The notes beneath the pieces are model-generated. The model did no database searches. It saw only the letters and a list, made by a program, of their open reading frames with translations, and was not told the origin of the DNA. From a virus: 64,000 bases of DNA. The stretch is from positions 32,001 to 96,000 of the IMG/VR virus record IMGVR_UViG_3300031788_000002. One strand, 5' to 3'. The position numbers and the translations under genes are program-made. Shown here piece by piece: positions 1 through 9,213 of this stretch. Numbering within the stretch: position 1 is the stretch's first letter; each line of letters opens with the position of its first letter.

Positions 1-355
1 GTTCGCGCCCGATCATGGCCTTGACACCGGGCAGTGGCTTGGACAACCCACCGCGCAGGTGTTCATATATAAACAGCAGCCGAAAGATTTGAAGGTACTC
101 TTGGTACGTCGATTGCGTGGCATTGTCCGACAAGGATGCCAACGCCACCTTGCGCGCGCGGGCGAAGGGTTCGGTATCGGCCTTCGTCAATTGGTCAACA
201 GCATACCGAACTTGTTGTTGTTCTTTCCGGCGCTGGGCCTCGCACTCATCAAGGGACGGCATAGGCCGCGCCTCCATACTCTCGCAATCGAAACTCTCGC
301 AATCGAACTGCCGCAGCCCAAATAAAACCCGGGCTCGATCTTCAGCGATGTTCAT
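1..355 (-). CDS. hypothetical protein, partial (runs off the left edge)
   Basis: AGGAG RBS upstream of ATG at 355. Frame MNIAEDRARVLFGLRQFDCESFDCES... is open to position 1. Absent from the ORF track because it has no stop in the window. Confidence 0.55.
   Translation of the reverse strand, partial: MNIAEDRARVLFGLRQFDCESFDCESMEARPMPSLDECEAQRRKEQQQVRYAVDQLTKADTEPFARARKVALASLSDNATQSTYQEYLQIFRLLFIYEHLRGGLSKPLPGVKAMIGRE
278..307. repeat. 15-bp perfect tandem duplication
   Basis: ACTCTCGCAATCGAA x2, in frame (FDCES FDCES). Confidence 0.9.
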
Positions 356-435
356 CGTGCTCTCCTTATCACCCTTCATCATCGTATCTGTGGTTTCCAT
401 CCGCTCGATACGGCACTCCGCGGGGCCACGTCTCC

Positions 436-472
436 GACGTCTGCCGCCGGACGTCTGCCGCCGGACGTCTGC
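436..472. repeat. 14-bp tandem repeat (about 2.6 copies)
   Basis: GACGTCTGCCGCCG x2 plus GACGTCTGC. Confidence 0.9.
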
Positions 473-833
473 GAGCGCGCCACCGAAGTCGATCTCGGCG
501 GCCGGCGGGTACGTCGGATCGCACTGCACGATGCAGCAATCTTCCGTCGCGTCGGAGCACCAGCCCGGCTCACTCGGCTGGGGCCACACTTCGTCCCCGA
601 TCCCTGGGAACAGCTTTTCCCGAAGTTGTTTCCGCTCGCGGATCTGGCCGGCCTCTCGCGTGTCCCGGTTTACAAGGTTTCGAACGTATGCCCGCGCCAG
701 CCGTGACGGGTTTAAAAATCCGCGTGTCATCAGCATGATGCTACGATTGTATATGCAAACGTCGACTTGCGCGCCGCTAAACGCGAAAGCCGATTTTGCG
801 GCGCCAGCCGCAGGAGAACACGAGGAAGTTCCC

Positions 834-1349
834 GTGAAAAACGATCGCCTTGCCAACACCGTGCTGTACATGCTTCGCGCGTGTCCAGACGCCGGCCTCA
901 CCAAGCTTCTCAAACTGCTCTACTTTGCCGACTACGAGCACTACCGTGAGCACCTGACCACCATCACTGGTGCCACCTATGTGGCGCTTGCGCGCGGTCC
1001 TGTCCTCGACAACTATGAGGAACACTTCGGGTCGCTTGAGAGTCGTGGGATCATGGCCTCCAGGGAGCCCAACATGGAGGCATTCAGCGACGCTGAACTT
1101 GAGACGCTCAGCGCCGTGGTCCTAAAGTATGGCGGACTGACTGGACGAGCGCTCAGTAACATGACCCACGAAGAAGCTCTTCCATGGTCCTACGCGTGGG
1201 ATCCGGAGGCTCCGGGGAATGTGATCCCACCGTCCTTGTTTCGTTGGCTTGAAAACATGCCCAATGAACAAGACGTCGCTACTGCTAGGGCGCGCACTCA
1301 AGCAGCATTTACTCGACCCGACCCAGGCGCGCCGCCACCTGAGTCCTAA
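834..1349 (+). CDS. Panacea-domain (DUF4065/SocA/GepA-like) antitoxin-like protein
   Basis: GTG at 834 after GAGGAAG. Motifs TKLLKLLYFAD, GPV and LSNMTHE..PW are typical of Panacea/DUF4065. The upstream part of ORF 117..1349 looks spurious. Confidence 0.8.
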   Translation: MKNDRLANTVLYMLRACPDAGLTKLLKLLYFADYEHYREHLTTITGATYVALARGPVLDNYEEHFGSLESRGIMASREPNMEAFSDAELETLSAVVLKYGGLTGRALSNMTHEEALPWSYAWDPEAPGNVIPPSLFRWLENMPNEQDVATARARTQAAFTRPDPGAPPPES

Positions 1350-1464
1350 AACTCTGCGACGTATTGGCTCGCACCTCGGCTCTCAGTAGCAGCCATCAAT
1401 AAGAACCTCAGCAGCCAGGTGAGGTACGCCTTGCCGTCGTCGCTGGGGGGCATGCGGGGCGGCG

Positions 1465-2091
1465 TCACTGCCTCCTCGTGACGAGCCCGTTGCGCAGCAT
1501 GGCAGCGTCGGCCGCGAGCTTGGCGTCGGAGAGGCGGCGAAGCTCGGGGGTGCTCATCCCGCGAGCGTCGTAGCGGGCGTCACCGGCGGCCTTGCCGAAC
1601 AGGCGGCGAAGCTCGGCGGAGTAGGCGTCGTCGGCAGCGTAAGCGGCGGCGGAGTTCGTTGCGCTGGTGTTCGTGGTCGGCGTCGACAACGCCTCGCTCG
1701 GTGTGGCCTCCGTAGCGGCTCCCGCGAGCTGCAACAGTAGCTCGCCTGCGTCGCGAGCCTGGGCCGCGCTGAGGTAGGTCGAGATTCCACTCCCCTGGTC
1801 GTCCTTGCAGGTGACCATCGCCACCCACTCATCTCCGTCCGTCGGCTCGATCACGAACGAACACCAGTCTTCGTCCTCGTATTTTGCGATTAGACTCCGT
1901 TTTCGGTGCCGTGCGACAGGCGCCACAGGCGCCGGCAGCGAATCCTCGTGCGCCTGTTCAAGGATGGCGTCGACGAGGGCGAGGAGCACAGAGAGGCCGC
2001 GCTCGTCGAACCTCGCTTCGAGCGCAAACCGACTACTGAGGAAGCTCAAACACGCCTTAGCAGCGCCTTCGATATTAGATCTAGACATCAT
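1465..2091 (-). CDS. hypothetical protein (composite-looking)
   Basis: GGAGG RBS before ATG-ATG; 208 aa. Confidence 0.55.
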   Translation of the reverse strand: MMSRSNIEGAAKACLSFLSSRFALEARFDERGLSVLLALVDAILEQAHEDSLPAPVAPVARHRKRSLIAKYEDEDWCSFVIEPTDGDEWVAMVTCKDDQGSGISTYLSAAQARDAGELLLQLAGAATEATPSEALSTPTTNTSATNSAAAYAADDAYSAELRRLFGKAAGDARYDARGMSTPELRRLSDAKLAADAAMLRNGLVTRRQ

Positions 2092-2203
2092 GCCTCCAAG
2101 CGTCACCAAGACGCGGCAAGGTACCCTACCCCCACCTCTGAACGATCCACCACCGCAGCAACAGGATGCGCGACGCGCACGTCGAGCACGGTATCATCGG
2201 TCA

Positions 2204-3205
2204 CTACGTACCTCCTGAGCCGACGCATCGCGAGCGCCCTTCTTTGTCGGCCCATCGGCCGGGGAGCGCGGCGTCGGTAGTGTACTTAACCGCGCCGCGC
2301 AGGTCCGCGCCGCTCATGTCCGCTCCGCTCAGGTCCGCGTGGCTCAGGTCCGCCTCGTACATGTTCGCGCGGCTCAGGTCCGCCTCGTACATGTCCGCGC
2401 CGCTCAGGTCCGCGCCGCTCATGTCCGCTCCGCGCATGTCCGCTCCGCTCAGGTCCGCGTAGCGCATGTGCGCGCCGCTCAGGTTCGCGTAGCGCATGTT
2501 CGCGTCGCACATGTCCGCGTAGCGCATGTTCGCGTCGCTCATGTCCGCTCCGCTCAGGTCCGCGTGGCACAGATCCGCTCCGCGCAGGTCCGCGTAGCGC
2601 ATGTTCGCGCCGCGCAGGTTCGCGCCGCTCAGGTCCGCGTGGCTCAGGTCCGCGCGGCTCAGTTTCGCTCCGCTCAGGTTCGCGCCGCTCAGGTCCGCGT
2701 AGCGCATGTGCGTGCCGCGCAGGTCCGCGTAGCGCATGTGCGCGCCGCGCAGGTTCGCGTGGCTCAGGTCCGCGTGGCTCATGTCCGCGCGGCTCAGTTT
2801 CGCTCCGCTCAGGTCCGCGCCGCTCATGTCCGCTCCGCGCATGTCCGCGCGGCTCAGGTCCGCGCCGCTCATGTCCGCTCCGCGCATGTTCGCGTGGCAC
2901 AGATCCGCTCCGCTCATGTCCGCTCCGCGCATGTTCGCGTGGCACAGGTCCGCGCCGCTCAGGTCCGCGCCGCTCAGGTCCGCGCGGCTCAGGTCCGCGC
3001 GGCTCAGGTCCGCGCGGGGGATTAGCCCCGCGCCCACCAGCCACGCCGCAAACGAGCCCTGCCACGCAGCCAACCAGATCGAGTGTAGTGGCGTCCATGC
3101 GACCGAGAGCGACCCCGACGGGGCCCACTGGTCAAACAGCGCCAGACCGGCGCTGCAGGCGCGAGCACGCACGAGATCGGCGCGGCTCAGCGTTACCGAG
3201 ATCAC
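2204..3205 (-). CDS. pentapeptide repeat protein
   Basis: Dozens of A[D/N/H][L/M]xx pentapeptides (ADLSG, ADMRG, ANLRG) with 15-bp DNA periodicity over about 2290-3015. Confidence 0.92.
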   Translation of the reverse strand: MISVTLSRADLVRARACSAGLALFDQWAPSGSLSVAWTPLHSIWLAAWQGSFAAWLVGAGLIPRADLSRADLSRADLSGADLSGADLCHANMRGADMSGADLCHANMRGADMSGADLSRADMRGADMSGADLSGAKLSRADMSHADLSHANLRGAHMRYADLRGTHMRYADLSGANLSGAKLSRADLSHADLSGANLRGANMRYADLRGADLCHADLSGADMSDANMRYADMCDANMRYANLSGAHMRYADLSGADMRGADMSGADLSGADMYEADLSRANMYEADLSHADLSGADMSGADLRGAVKYTTDAALPGRWADKEGRSRCVGSGGT

Positions 3206-3390
3206 GCCCGCACCTCCCCCGCCGACCTGGCGCGCTCGCCGGCGCGGAGCAGTCGGCGCAGGGCGATTGCCTGCCTGCGCGCTCGGGTGCGATCCCGTAG
3301 CGCCTCGATCTCCGCGGCCTGCACCTCGAGTCGGCGCAGGGTCTGTTCTCGGTAGAGCGCATCAAGCTCTGCGGCGAGCGTGGGGCTCAT
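3202..3390 (-). CDS. hypothetical protein
   Basis: 62 aa, helical; overlaps the next start (GTGA). Confidence 0.55.
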   Translation of the reverse strand: MSPTLAAELDALYREQTLRRLEVQAAEIEALRDRTRARRQAIALRRLLRAGERARSAGEVRA

Positions 3391-3463
3391 GTCGACCCCC
3401 GCAGGCTCGACAGGTTTGCGTTGACTTTTAGGCTGTTCATCGTCGTTCTCCTTTGGTCAGCTC

Positions 3464-3748
3464 TTACTGACCCTTGTACGTGACCCGGCGCACCACCGTG
3501 AAGGTCGGTCCCGTGCGATGCGCCGAGGCGCGCCCGACGACCACGTATTCCGTGGCGGGGTAAGGCCACGTCGCGAGGGGGCCCGAGGGATCCGCGTTCG
3601 GCGTACCGGCGATCTCGACGTCTGGCCCGAAGCGCTTACGGGCCGCGTCGAGGATGTCGGGTAGAAGGTGCGTGGCGTAAGCGATTCGAAGCAAGGTGGC
3701 GGGCGTGTTGCTGGGCTTCGAGGTCGTGCAGGTGCTATTCGTGTTCAT
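3464..3748 (-). CDS. hypothetical protein
   Basis: GGAG RBS; 94 aa. Confidence 0.6.
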   Translation of the reverse strand: MNTNSTCTTSKPSNTPATLLRIAYATHLLPDILDAARKRFGPDVEIAGTPNADPSGPLATWPYPATEYVVVGRASAHRTGPTFTVVRRVTYKGQ

Positions 3749-3967
3749 GGGTGGACTCCGGTTGATCGGTGTGCGCCAAGAGCCTTGGCGGCGACTGCAA
3801 TCGCTACCAGGGCTCGACTTTGTTGTGAGCGTAATTACGCCTTGCGAGGCGTCTTGGTTCCTTTCTTTGCCTTCGGAGCAGGCGCCTCGGAGGCGTCGCC
3901 GCGTCGGAGCGCGAGGCGCAGATAGCGCGTCGTCGCGCGTTCGGAGAGGCTGCGGCGCGGCATGCGC

Positions 3968-4435
3968 TCAGCCCTCCCGCACGACGCGACCGCTACGCCC
4001 GTCGTTGGAGAGCTGCACATGGTGTCCGCGCGTGCAGACGCGGTAGCCGGGCACGTAGCCGGCCTCGTACCAGACGAGCGCGCGACCGCAGCGCGGCGCG
4101 GGGCACCGGCACCACGCGCCACGCTCGTACCAGGCGATCGCAGCACCTTCGGGCCACTCGCCGGGGTATTCCGGCTCGATGGCCAGGCGAAGCCCGAGCT
4201 GTTGCGTGGCCCCCCGTCCGATGCGCACGATCGCGAGCCCGCGCGGCACGGTGCCCTGGAGAGTGACCGTCCAGATCGGGCCGTCGGGGGTATGGGTCGG
4301 CGCGGCGACGTTGCCCGCGCCCTCCAGCGCCTCTCGGACGGGGACCGTGAGGCGCATCTGCTCGTAGACGGGAGGCATGATGCGGAGGCCCTCGGCGCGG
4401 CGGATTCGCGGGCTCACGACGGTGCGCAGCTTCAT
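3968..4435 (-). CDS. hypothetical protein with C-terminal Cys/His Zn-ribbon
   Basis: GGGAG RBS; ATGA overlap with the upstream gene; CPAPRCG...CTRGHH. Confidence 0.65.
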   Translation of the reverse strand: MKLRTVVSPRIRRAEGLRIMPPVYEQMRLTVPVREALEGAGNVAAPTHTPDGPIWTVTLQGTVPRGLAIVRIGRGATQQLGLRLAIEPEYPGEWPEGAAIAWYERGAWCRCPAPRCGRALVWYEAGYVPGYRVCTRGHHVQLSNDGRSGRVVREG

Positions 4436-5202
4436 GGCGTAACTCCCGTCAACACGGCGCAGAGATGGCTGGTTCCCTGCCATGCGCTGATGAGGCAGAC
4501 CGAACCCATCGGGCAATCGCTGCTGGTGGTGCACGCGGCGTTGCTGAGGGGCGTCGCGCCCGAAGCGCAGACCGAGACGTAGACCTGCTGCGCGCAGCCG
4601 GCGCCGGTGTTGAGGTCCGCATAGAGATAGCACCAGGGGCTCAGCGCATTGGGGCACTCGCCCGTTTGGTTTTGATTCAGGGGGTTACAGGCCGTGAACT
4701 GCTCGATGTAACCGCCGTCGACGCAGGGGCTGATCCCGGCATCTCCCGCATCGGCGGGCGGGTCCGTTGGCCCGGCATCGCTGGGGGTTGCGCCCGAGCT
4801 ACTGGAAGAGCTGCTGACCATCGTTGTGGTTACCTCTGAGGATGAAGAGCTCGAGGACGATGGCACGCTAGCGCCCGAAGATGAGCTCGAAGCGTTCGCG
4901 GCAGAGCTCGATGATGAACTCGAAGGATCTGCGCCGTTGAGGCAGACCGCGTTGAGCACGCAGTGCAGCAAGGGATTGCAGGTGTTGTCGCTGAAGCAGG
5001 GACAGCCTGCCGTTCCGGGCGAACAGAGAACCACGCTGTGAGTACTCGAAGAGGTGGTGGGCGCGTGGGTCGACGTGGGCGTGTCCACGCCGCCACCGCT
5101 TCCCGTGATCACGCCCCCGCCACAGGCGGTAAGCGCCAAAACGAGCAGAGCTGTAATGGCCACGAGGCCGGCAAGGGGAAGGGAGAGCATCATGTTTTTC
5201 AT
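4432..5202 (-). CDS. Cys-rich, Ser-rich lipoprotein (myxobacterial type)
   Basis: GGAGG RBS; signal peptide with lipobox LTAC; PGTAGCPC module, poly-Ser linker, DAG repeats and a Cys-rich C-terminus. Confidence 0.8.
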   Translation of the reverse strand: MKNMMLSLPLAGLVAITALLVLALTACGGGVITGSGGGVDTPTSTHAPTTSSSTHSVVLCSPGTAGCPCFSDNTCNPLLHCVLNAVCLNGADPSSSSSSSAANASSSSSGASVPSSSSSSSSEVTTTMVSSSSSSSGATPSDAGPTDPPADAGDAGISPCVDGGYIEQFTACNPLNQNQTGECPNALSPWCYLYADLNTGAGCAQQVYVSVCASGATPLSNAACTTSSDCPMGSVCLISAWQGTSHLCAVLTGVTP

Positions 5203-5296
5203 TGGGTGTTCCTCCGTGTTCGTTGTGCCTGGAAAGCCCCGGGAATTATGGGAATCGCTAAAGTGGAACGGGTTATCGACGGACAAGACGTTCATA

Positions 5297-5333
5297 AAGC
5301 ATACGCGTCCGCAGCGCGCAGACGCGTATGCTT
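5297..5333 (-). terminator. 13-bp perfect inverted repeat, probable terminator
   Basis: AAGCATACGCGTC ... GACGCGTATGCTT, directly downstream of the 5367 stop. Confidence 0.6.
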
Positions 5334-5366
5334 CACCGCTTGCTGGCCTACCGACAGGGTGCGCTT

Positions 5367-5950
5367 TTACTTTGTAGCGTCATCCCATGAAAGGAAGGAG
5401 TGCGGACGGTGGCCCGTGGCAAGGGCAGCGTCTACTTGAACGCGTTGAACGATCTCGTGGGCTTGCTCCATAACGCGGTCGACCTTGCGCCGACACCGTT
5501 GCCTTTCTTCATCGTCGTAATCCCGCCGCTTGCGCTTCGCCGTAAGCATTTCCCAGGGCGTGACCTCAAACGACACCGGCGGAGCGCGAAATGGTCCTTC
5601 TTCGGCCTCTACGGCCGCGCGAATGTCCGCTTCCATTAGAGTGAGTTCGCGCAGCCCGTACAGCGTTCTTTCGGTATCCCAGCGGGTCTTGAACTCTTCT
5701 TTTCGTCGCGCTTGGTACACGCAGTACGTGCCACCGCGCAGCTCATTCAAGCAGGTACGGCAGCAAGGAGCTTGCCCAAGCACCAGGCTCTGGTGAGATG
5801 CCCCGTGGTGCGAATCGCTGTTCGGCCACAGGAGCAACGGCACAGCCAACGGCGGCTTCCAGTGACCTCATCACGCTCTGACAACAGCATTTCTACCGTT
5901 AAATCGCCGTACGTTCGACCACGTAGATCCGCCGTGTTGCTTATTCTCAT
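5367..5950 (-). pseudogene. frameshifted gene with an HNH/AP2-endonuclease-type N-terminal Zn module
   Basis: N-terminal frame DLRGRTYGDLTV...WLCRCSCG continues in a shifted frame as LGQAPCCRTC...; break near 5780. Confidence 0.5.
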
Positions 5951-6022
5951 TCCTCGGTCTCCAAAAAGAAACGCCGCCAAGGGCGAACTCCCGACGGCGT
6001 TGGATTGAAACGTGTTGGTTGA

Positions 6023-6526
6023 CTACTTCGTGTGGCCGACGTGCTTCATAACGGTGAGCGCGCTGTTCATCTCGGCAAAGCCCGAGTACGCCACCGTCTT
6101 CTGCAAGTTCCCCGCGGCGAGCTGCTGAGTCTTGAAGCTGTTGACCAGGGTGACGAGATCGGTCGCCGCATTGCTGACGGCCTGAACCAGCGCGGCGAAG
6201 GTGGGAAGGGGGTTTTGGGCATCGATGGCGATCTGTACCCCGTCGGCGAGCAGGGCCAAGGTATCATTGACCTTGGCGACTGCAGCCGTGTACGCCGCCG
6301 TGATCTGCACTTGGGTGGCGACGGGCAGGGATCCCTCGATAGACTGAAAGGCCACTTCGGCGTCGAGTAGAACAACCTGGACGATCTGGTCAAACGCCTG
6401 AACTCCCGCGACCGGGTTCGACTGGAAATTCTGCCACCAGGTCGCGGGCGAGGGGCAGCCCGTGCAGCACACCGCGCAGATTCCGACCATCATGGACAAC
6501 AGCGTCACCGAAATACGTTTCTTCAT
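6023..6526 (-). CDS. putative lipoprotein, helical
   Basis: AAAGGAG RBS; MKKR, hydrophobic stretch and a CTGC lipobox-like site. Confidence 0.7.
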   Translation of the reverse strand: MKKRISVTLLSMMVGICAVCCTGCPSPATWWQNFQSNPVAGVQAFDQIVQVVLLDAEVAFQSIEGSLPVATQVQITAAYTAAVAKVNDTLALLADGVQIAIDAQNPLPTFAALVQAVSNAATDLVTLVNSFKTQQLAAGNLQKTVAYSGFAEMNSALTVMKHVGHTK

Positions 6527-6580
6527 CAGTTTCTCCTTTGGGATGAGCGCTTCGTACATACGCCGGATCACTTCCAGACG

Positions 6581-6784
6581 TCAAACGGGTAGCGGAGGCG
6601 CTTCCCGCGTCTTCTCGGGAGTGATCCTAAAGGCGTGGATAGGGCACTCACTTTTGATGACGTCGTGACACGTGCAGCGGCGGGAGGCGACCATGTTGCA
6701 TTTGATGCAGCGGCCTTGTTGCCGACCCCCGACCATACCGAACTCAAGGACGTCGCTATGGCAGAGAAAGCAATGCCATTTCAT
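6581..6784 (-). CDS. small Cys/His Zn-finger protein (paralog A)
   Basis: WxCxLC...GRCxxC...CxCHDV...ECPIH. Confidence 0.7.
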   Translation of the reverse strand: MKWHCFLCHSDVLEFGMVGGRQQGRCIKCNMVASRRCTCHDVIKSECPIHAFRITPEKTREAPPLPV

Positions 6785-6975
6785 CAGACCATCTCCTGGG
6801 TTTCTTCACCATCTTCGGCTTGCCCATGGATAGGGCACTCGTTTTGAGAAACGTCGTGGCAGGCACAGCCGCGGGAGCATGTCATGCCGCAACGTGTACA
6901 ACGCCCGTGTTGGCGCTGACCAAGAATCCTGCGGGACTCCACGCGCCCTTCACACAAAAGGCAGAACCAGTGCAT
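6784..6975 (-). CDS. small Cys/His Zn-finger protein (paralog B)
   Basis: Start MHWFCLLC at 6975; same Cys/His pattern as 6581..6784. Confidence 0.7.
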   Translation of the reverse strand: MHWFCLLCEGRVESRRILGQRQHGRCTRCGMTCSRGCACHDVSQNECPIHGQAEDGEETQEMV

Positions 6976-6976
6976 G

Positions 6977-7288
6977 CTAGGGGACCTTCTTTCCTTGAAC
7001 GATGAACCCCGCGTCTTCGGGAACAGTGAGCTGATGCGTTGTTCCCTGAAACGTGAGGGTGACGTTGGCGCTACCGGCCATCGCTCTAATGTCGATAGTG
7101 GGCGTTTTGATGGCAATGTATCTGGCGGAATGCCTGAAAACAATCAAGGTGCCATGGTCGTTGAAGCGTACGCCGGCGAAGTAGGCGGTCGCCATCAACA
7201 ACGAGAAAGTGTTGGCACCAAGAAGGGGGGCGAAGCGGCGACGGTAAAGCGCTACACGCCGCATATGGTCGCATTGACGGCAGGCCAT
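6977..7288 (-). CDS. hypothetical protein
   Basis: Fills the gap in the minus-strand operon; N-terminal CxxC. Confidence 0.5.
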   Translation of the reverse strand: MACRQCDHMRRVALYRRRFAPLLGANTFSLLMATAYFAGVRFNDHGTLIVFRHSARYIAIKTPTIDIRAMAGSANVTLTFQGTTHQLTVPEDAGFIVQGKKVP

Positions 7289-7297
7289 TGAAGAAGC

Positions 7298-8281
7298 CTA
7301 CGAGGACTTCTTGGGCTGTGGGGTAACGTAGCCGCCGTGGATTGAGTTCGTGGGGATGTCAGGAAGCGGCTTCATGCGGCGGTGAAGCAGTGCTTGCAAA
7401 CCCTCTCGCGCCGCTTCTTTGAGCTCGGGGTAATCCTCGGCGCGTTCCGCTGCCGTGCCCTCGACTTTGATGATGACACTCTCCCCTGACAACGTGATTG
7501 TAGCCGAGCGCGTGTGCACATCGGCATACTCACGCTTTTCACAGGCGGACAGGCGCTCCATAATGCTCGTGGGTAGATCGTGTCGGTGTGCCATGACATG
7601 CGTCTCAAGTCGCTGAAGGCGTGCTTCCAGATCGCTAGACGGTACCTCGTGTGTTGCTGCCGAAGCGCTGGCGGGCGCCGGTTGCGCCTTTTCCAGCGCC
7701 GTACGGGGTGCAGACAGCTCTTCTGCAACTTCTTGAAAGATGGCCGGGGGTACATCGTTAGCGGAACGGTCCGCGTCGTCGTAGGCGTAGGTCCTATTCA
7801 CATTCTTTTTGGTGATGAGCTCCGCTTGGAGCAGGCACTTGTCGAGCTCCATGTGCAGAAAGCGTCGATGATGGCGTACGCGCGTGATCCAGGGTTCTCC
7901 CAGTGCACTGACGACTTGGGTGAGGCGCCGCCGGGCGCCTTGCACCGTAGTGGACCCATCTTTTCCGATGCACGCGAAGACGTCGATGATTGCCGCGGGC
8001 CATGCGCGGGGCCAGCTATACTTCGAAGGATAGCGGGCCGTGGGCCTACTACGCTTTTGAACTTCGTAGTAGTCCCGCAACCATGCCTTGAGCACGCTGA
8101 TGTTCTCAACAATGAGATGCAGGTCGTCGAGCGCTTTATCTGCTTCTTGCAGCGTGGCCCACTTCTCGCTGCGTACCATGTCTTGCCACGTCCTCGCTTT
8201 GTTGAGTTCCGTTGCAGACCACTCTTCTGCGTTTACGCCACTGGCGTTCGTTTTATTGTCCTTCGTGTGCTTGTCGCTCAT
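7298..8281 (-). CDS. hypothetical protein
   Basis: AAAGGA RBS; 327 aa. Confidence 0.7.
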   Translation of the reverse strand: MSDKHTKDNKTNASGVNAEEWSATELNKARTWQDMVRSEKWATLQEADKALDDLHLIVENISVLKAWLRDYYEVQKRSRPTARYPSKYSWPRAWPAAIIDVFACIGKDGSTTVQGARRRLTQVVSALGEPWITRVRHHRRFLHMELDKCLLQAELITKKNVNRTYAYDDADRSANDVPPAIFQEVAEELSAPRTALEKAQPAPASASAATHEVPSSDLEARLQRLETHVMAHRHDLPTSIMERLSACEKREYADVHTRSATITLSGESVIIKVEGTAAERAEDYPELKEAAREGLQALLHRRMKPLPDIPTNSIHGGYVTPQPKKSS

Positions 8282-8343
8282 GGTATTCCTTTAACAAGTG
8301 ATCCCCGTATTTGTTGTGCCATGCACTGTGGTAATTTTGTGGG

Positions 8344-9153
8344 ATGACCTACGTAGACTCGTTGACGTTCGCGGCACCGACGTTGGGTTGTTCTGCACTT
8401 CTTCCTACGCTGCCGAATGAGATCGGCCCGGCGCGGGAGGACCGCTTGTTCGAGCTGTACATGGCGGGGCAGTGCCCCCTGTGGTTGCGCCAATGGAAGG
8501 AGATTGTTGTAGAGGCCGAAGGGCTCAAGGGGTCCTTCTTCGTTCTTCCAGATTTCCTCTGCCTCGGCACGGACACCGACTACCTCTATACGCCGATGGG
8601 CGCGCTCAATGCAGAGCGCATTCTGGAACAGCGGTTCAACGCTGTGCTACCGACCGAACGCATGGTCGACTTGATCTACGCCGCGTCGAAACGGCAAGCG
8701 GCGCAGCCCTGGGGACCGCCTTACGACGATTCCATGATGAACACCAGCCGCTGGCCGGCGCAGAGCGCCAAGGTCATTGGGATGCAGCGTGCCCGCGGGG
8801 TGACGACAGGACAATTGGTAGAAGGCCATTGCAAGAACGTCATCGTGAGCGATAAAGCCATGGCGAAGCACGGCGTTCACCTGGGCTTCTACGGTTGGTT
8901 CTTAAACAACGGGGAGCCGATCCAGCAAGACAGCCTGGAGCATGGGGCTCTCTATTGCGATTACTCGCACGGCGTTCGTGGCGTGCTCAGTACAGTCGTC
9001 GTGGAAGACCAGACTATGAAGCTAGCGGACGCACTGAAGGACGAGCGGGCGCACGTGCTATTTTCGAGTACGCGCTTCGACCCGGGGTCGTACACGGCGG
9101 CGCGCGCCGCTTACTTCCAGATGCGTGGCGTCGAGGCGCCCTTGATTTACTAA
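8344..9153 (+). CDS. conserved hypothetical enzyme-like protein
   Basis: Motifs PDFLxLGTDxD, LPTxxMVDxIY, GHxK, YGW and HxxxYxDYSHGVR recall an uncharacterised bacterial family; leaderless start. Confidence 0.7.
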   Translation: MTYVDSLTFAAPTLGCSALLPTLPNEIGPAREDRLFELYMAGQCPLWLRQWKEIVVEAEGLKGSFFVLPDFLCLGTDTDYLYTPMGALNAERILEQRFNAVLPTERMVDLIYAASKRQAAQPWGPPYDDSMMNTSRWPAQSAKVIGMQRARGVTTGQLVEGHCKNVIVSDKAMAKHGVHLGFYGWFLNNGEPIQQDSLEHGALYCDYSHGVRGVLSTVVVEDQTMKLADALKDERAHVLFSSTRFDPGSYTAARAAYFQMRGVEAPLIY

Positions 9154-9213
9154 GAGCGGAAAGTTCAGCGTGCGCACGGTATAAGCATCCTGGGAAGGAT
9201 GCCGCGCTAGAAC

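Noticed and set aside
117-833. N-terminal 239 aa of ORF 117..1349
   Set aside because: It is the antisense shadow of a minus-strand frame; the Panacea domain has its own RBS and GTG at 834.
2286-3431. Long alternative-frame ORFs and a possible CRISPR-like array over the pentapeptide gene
   Set aside because: These are by-products of a 15-bp coding repeat; there are no unique spacers.
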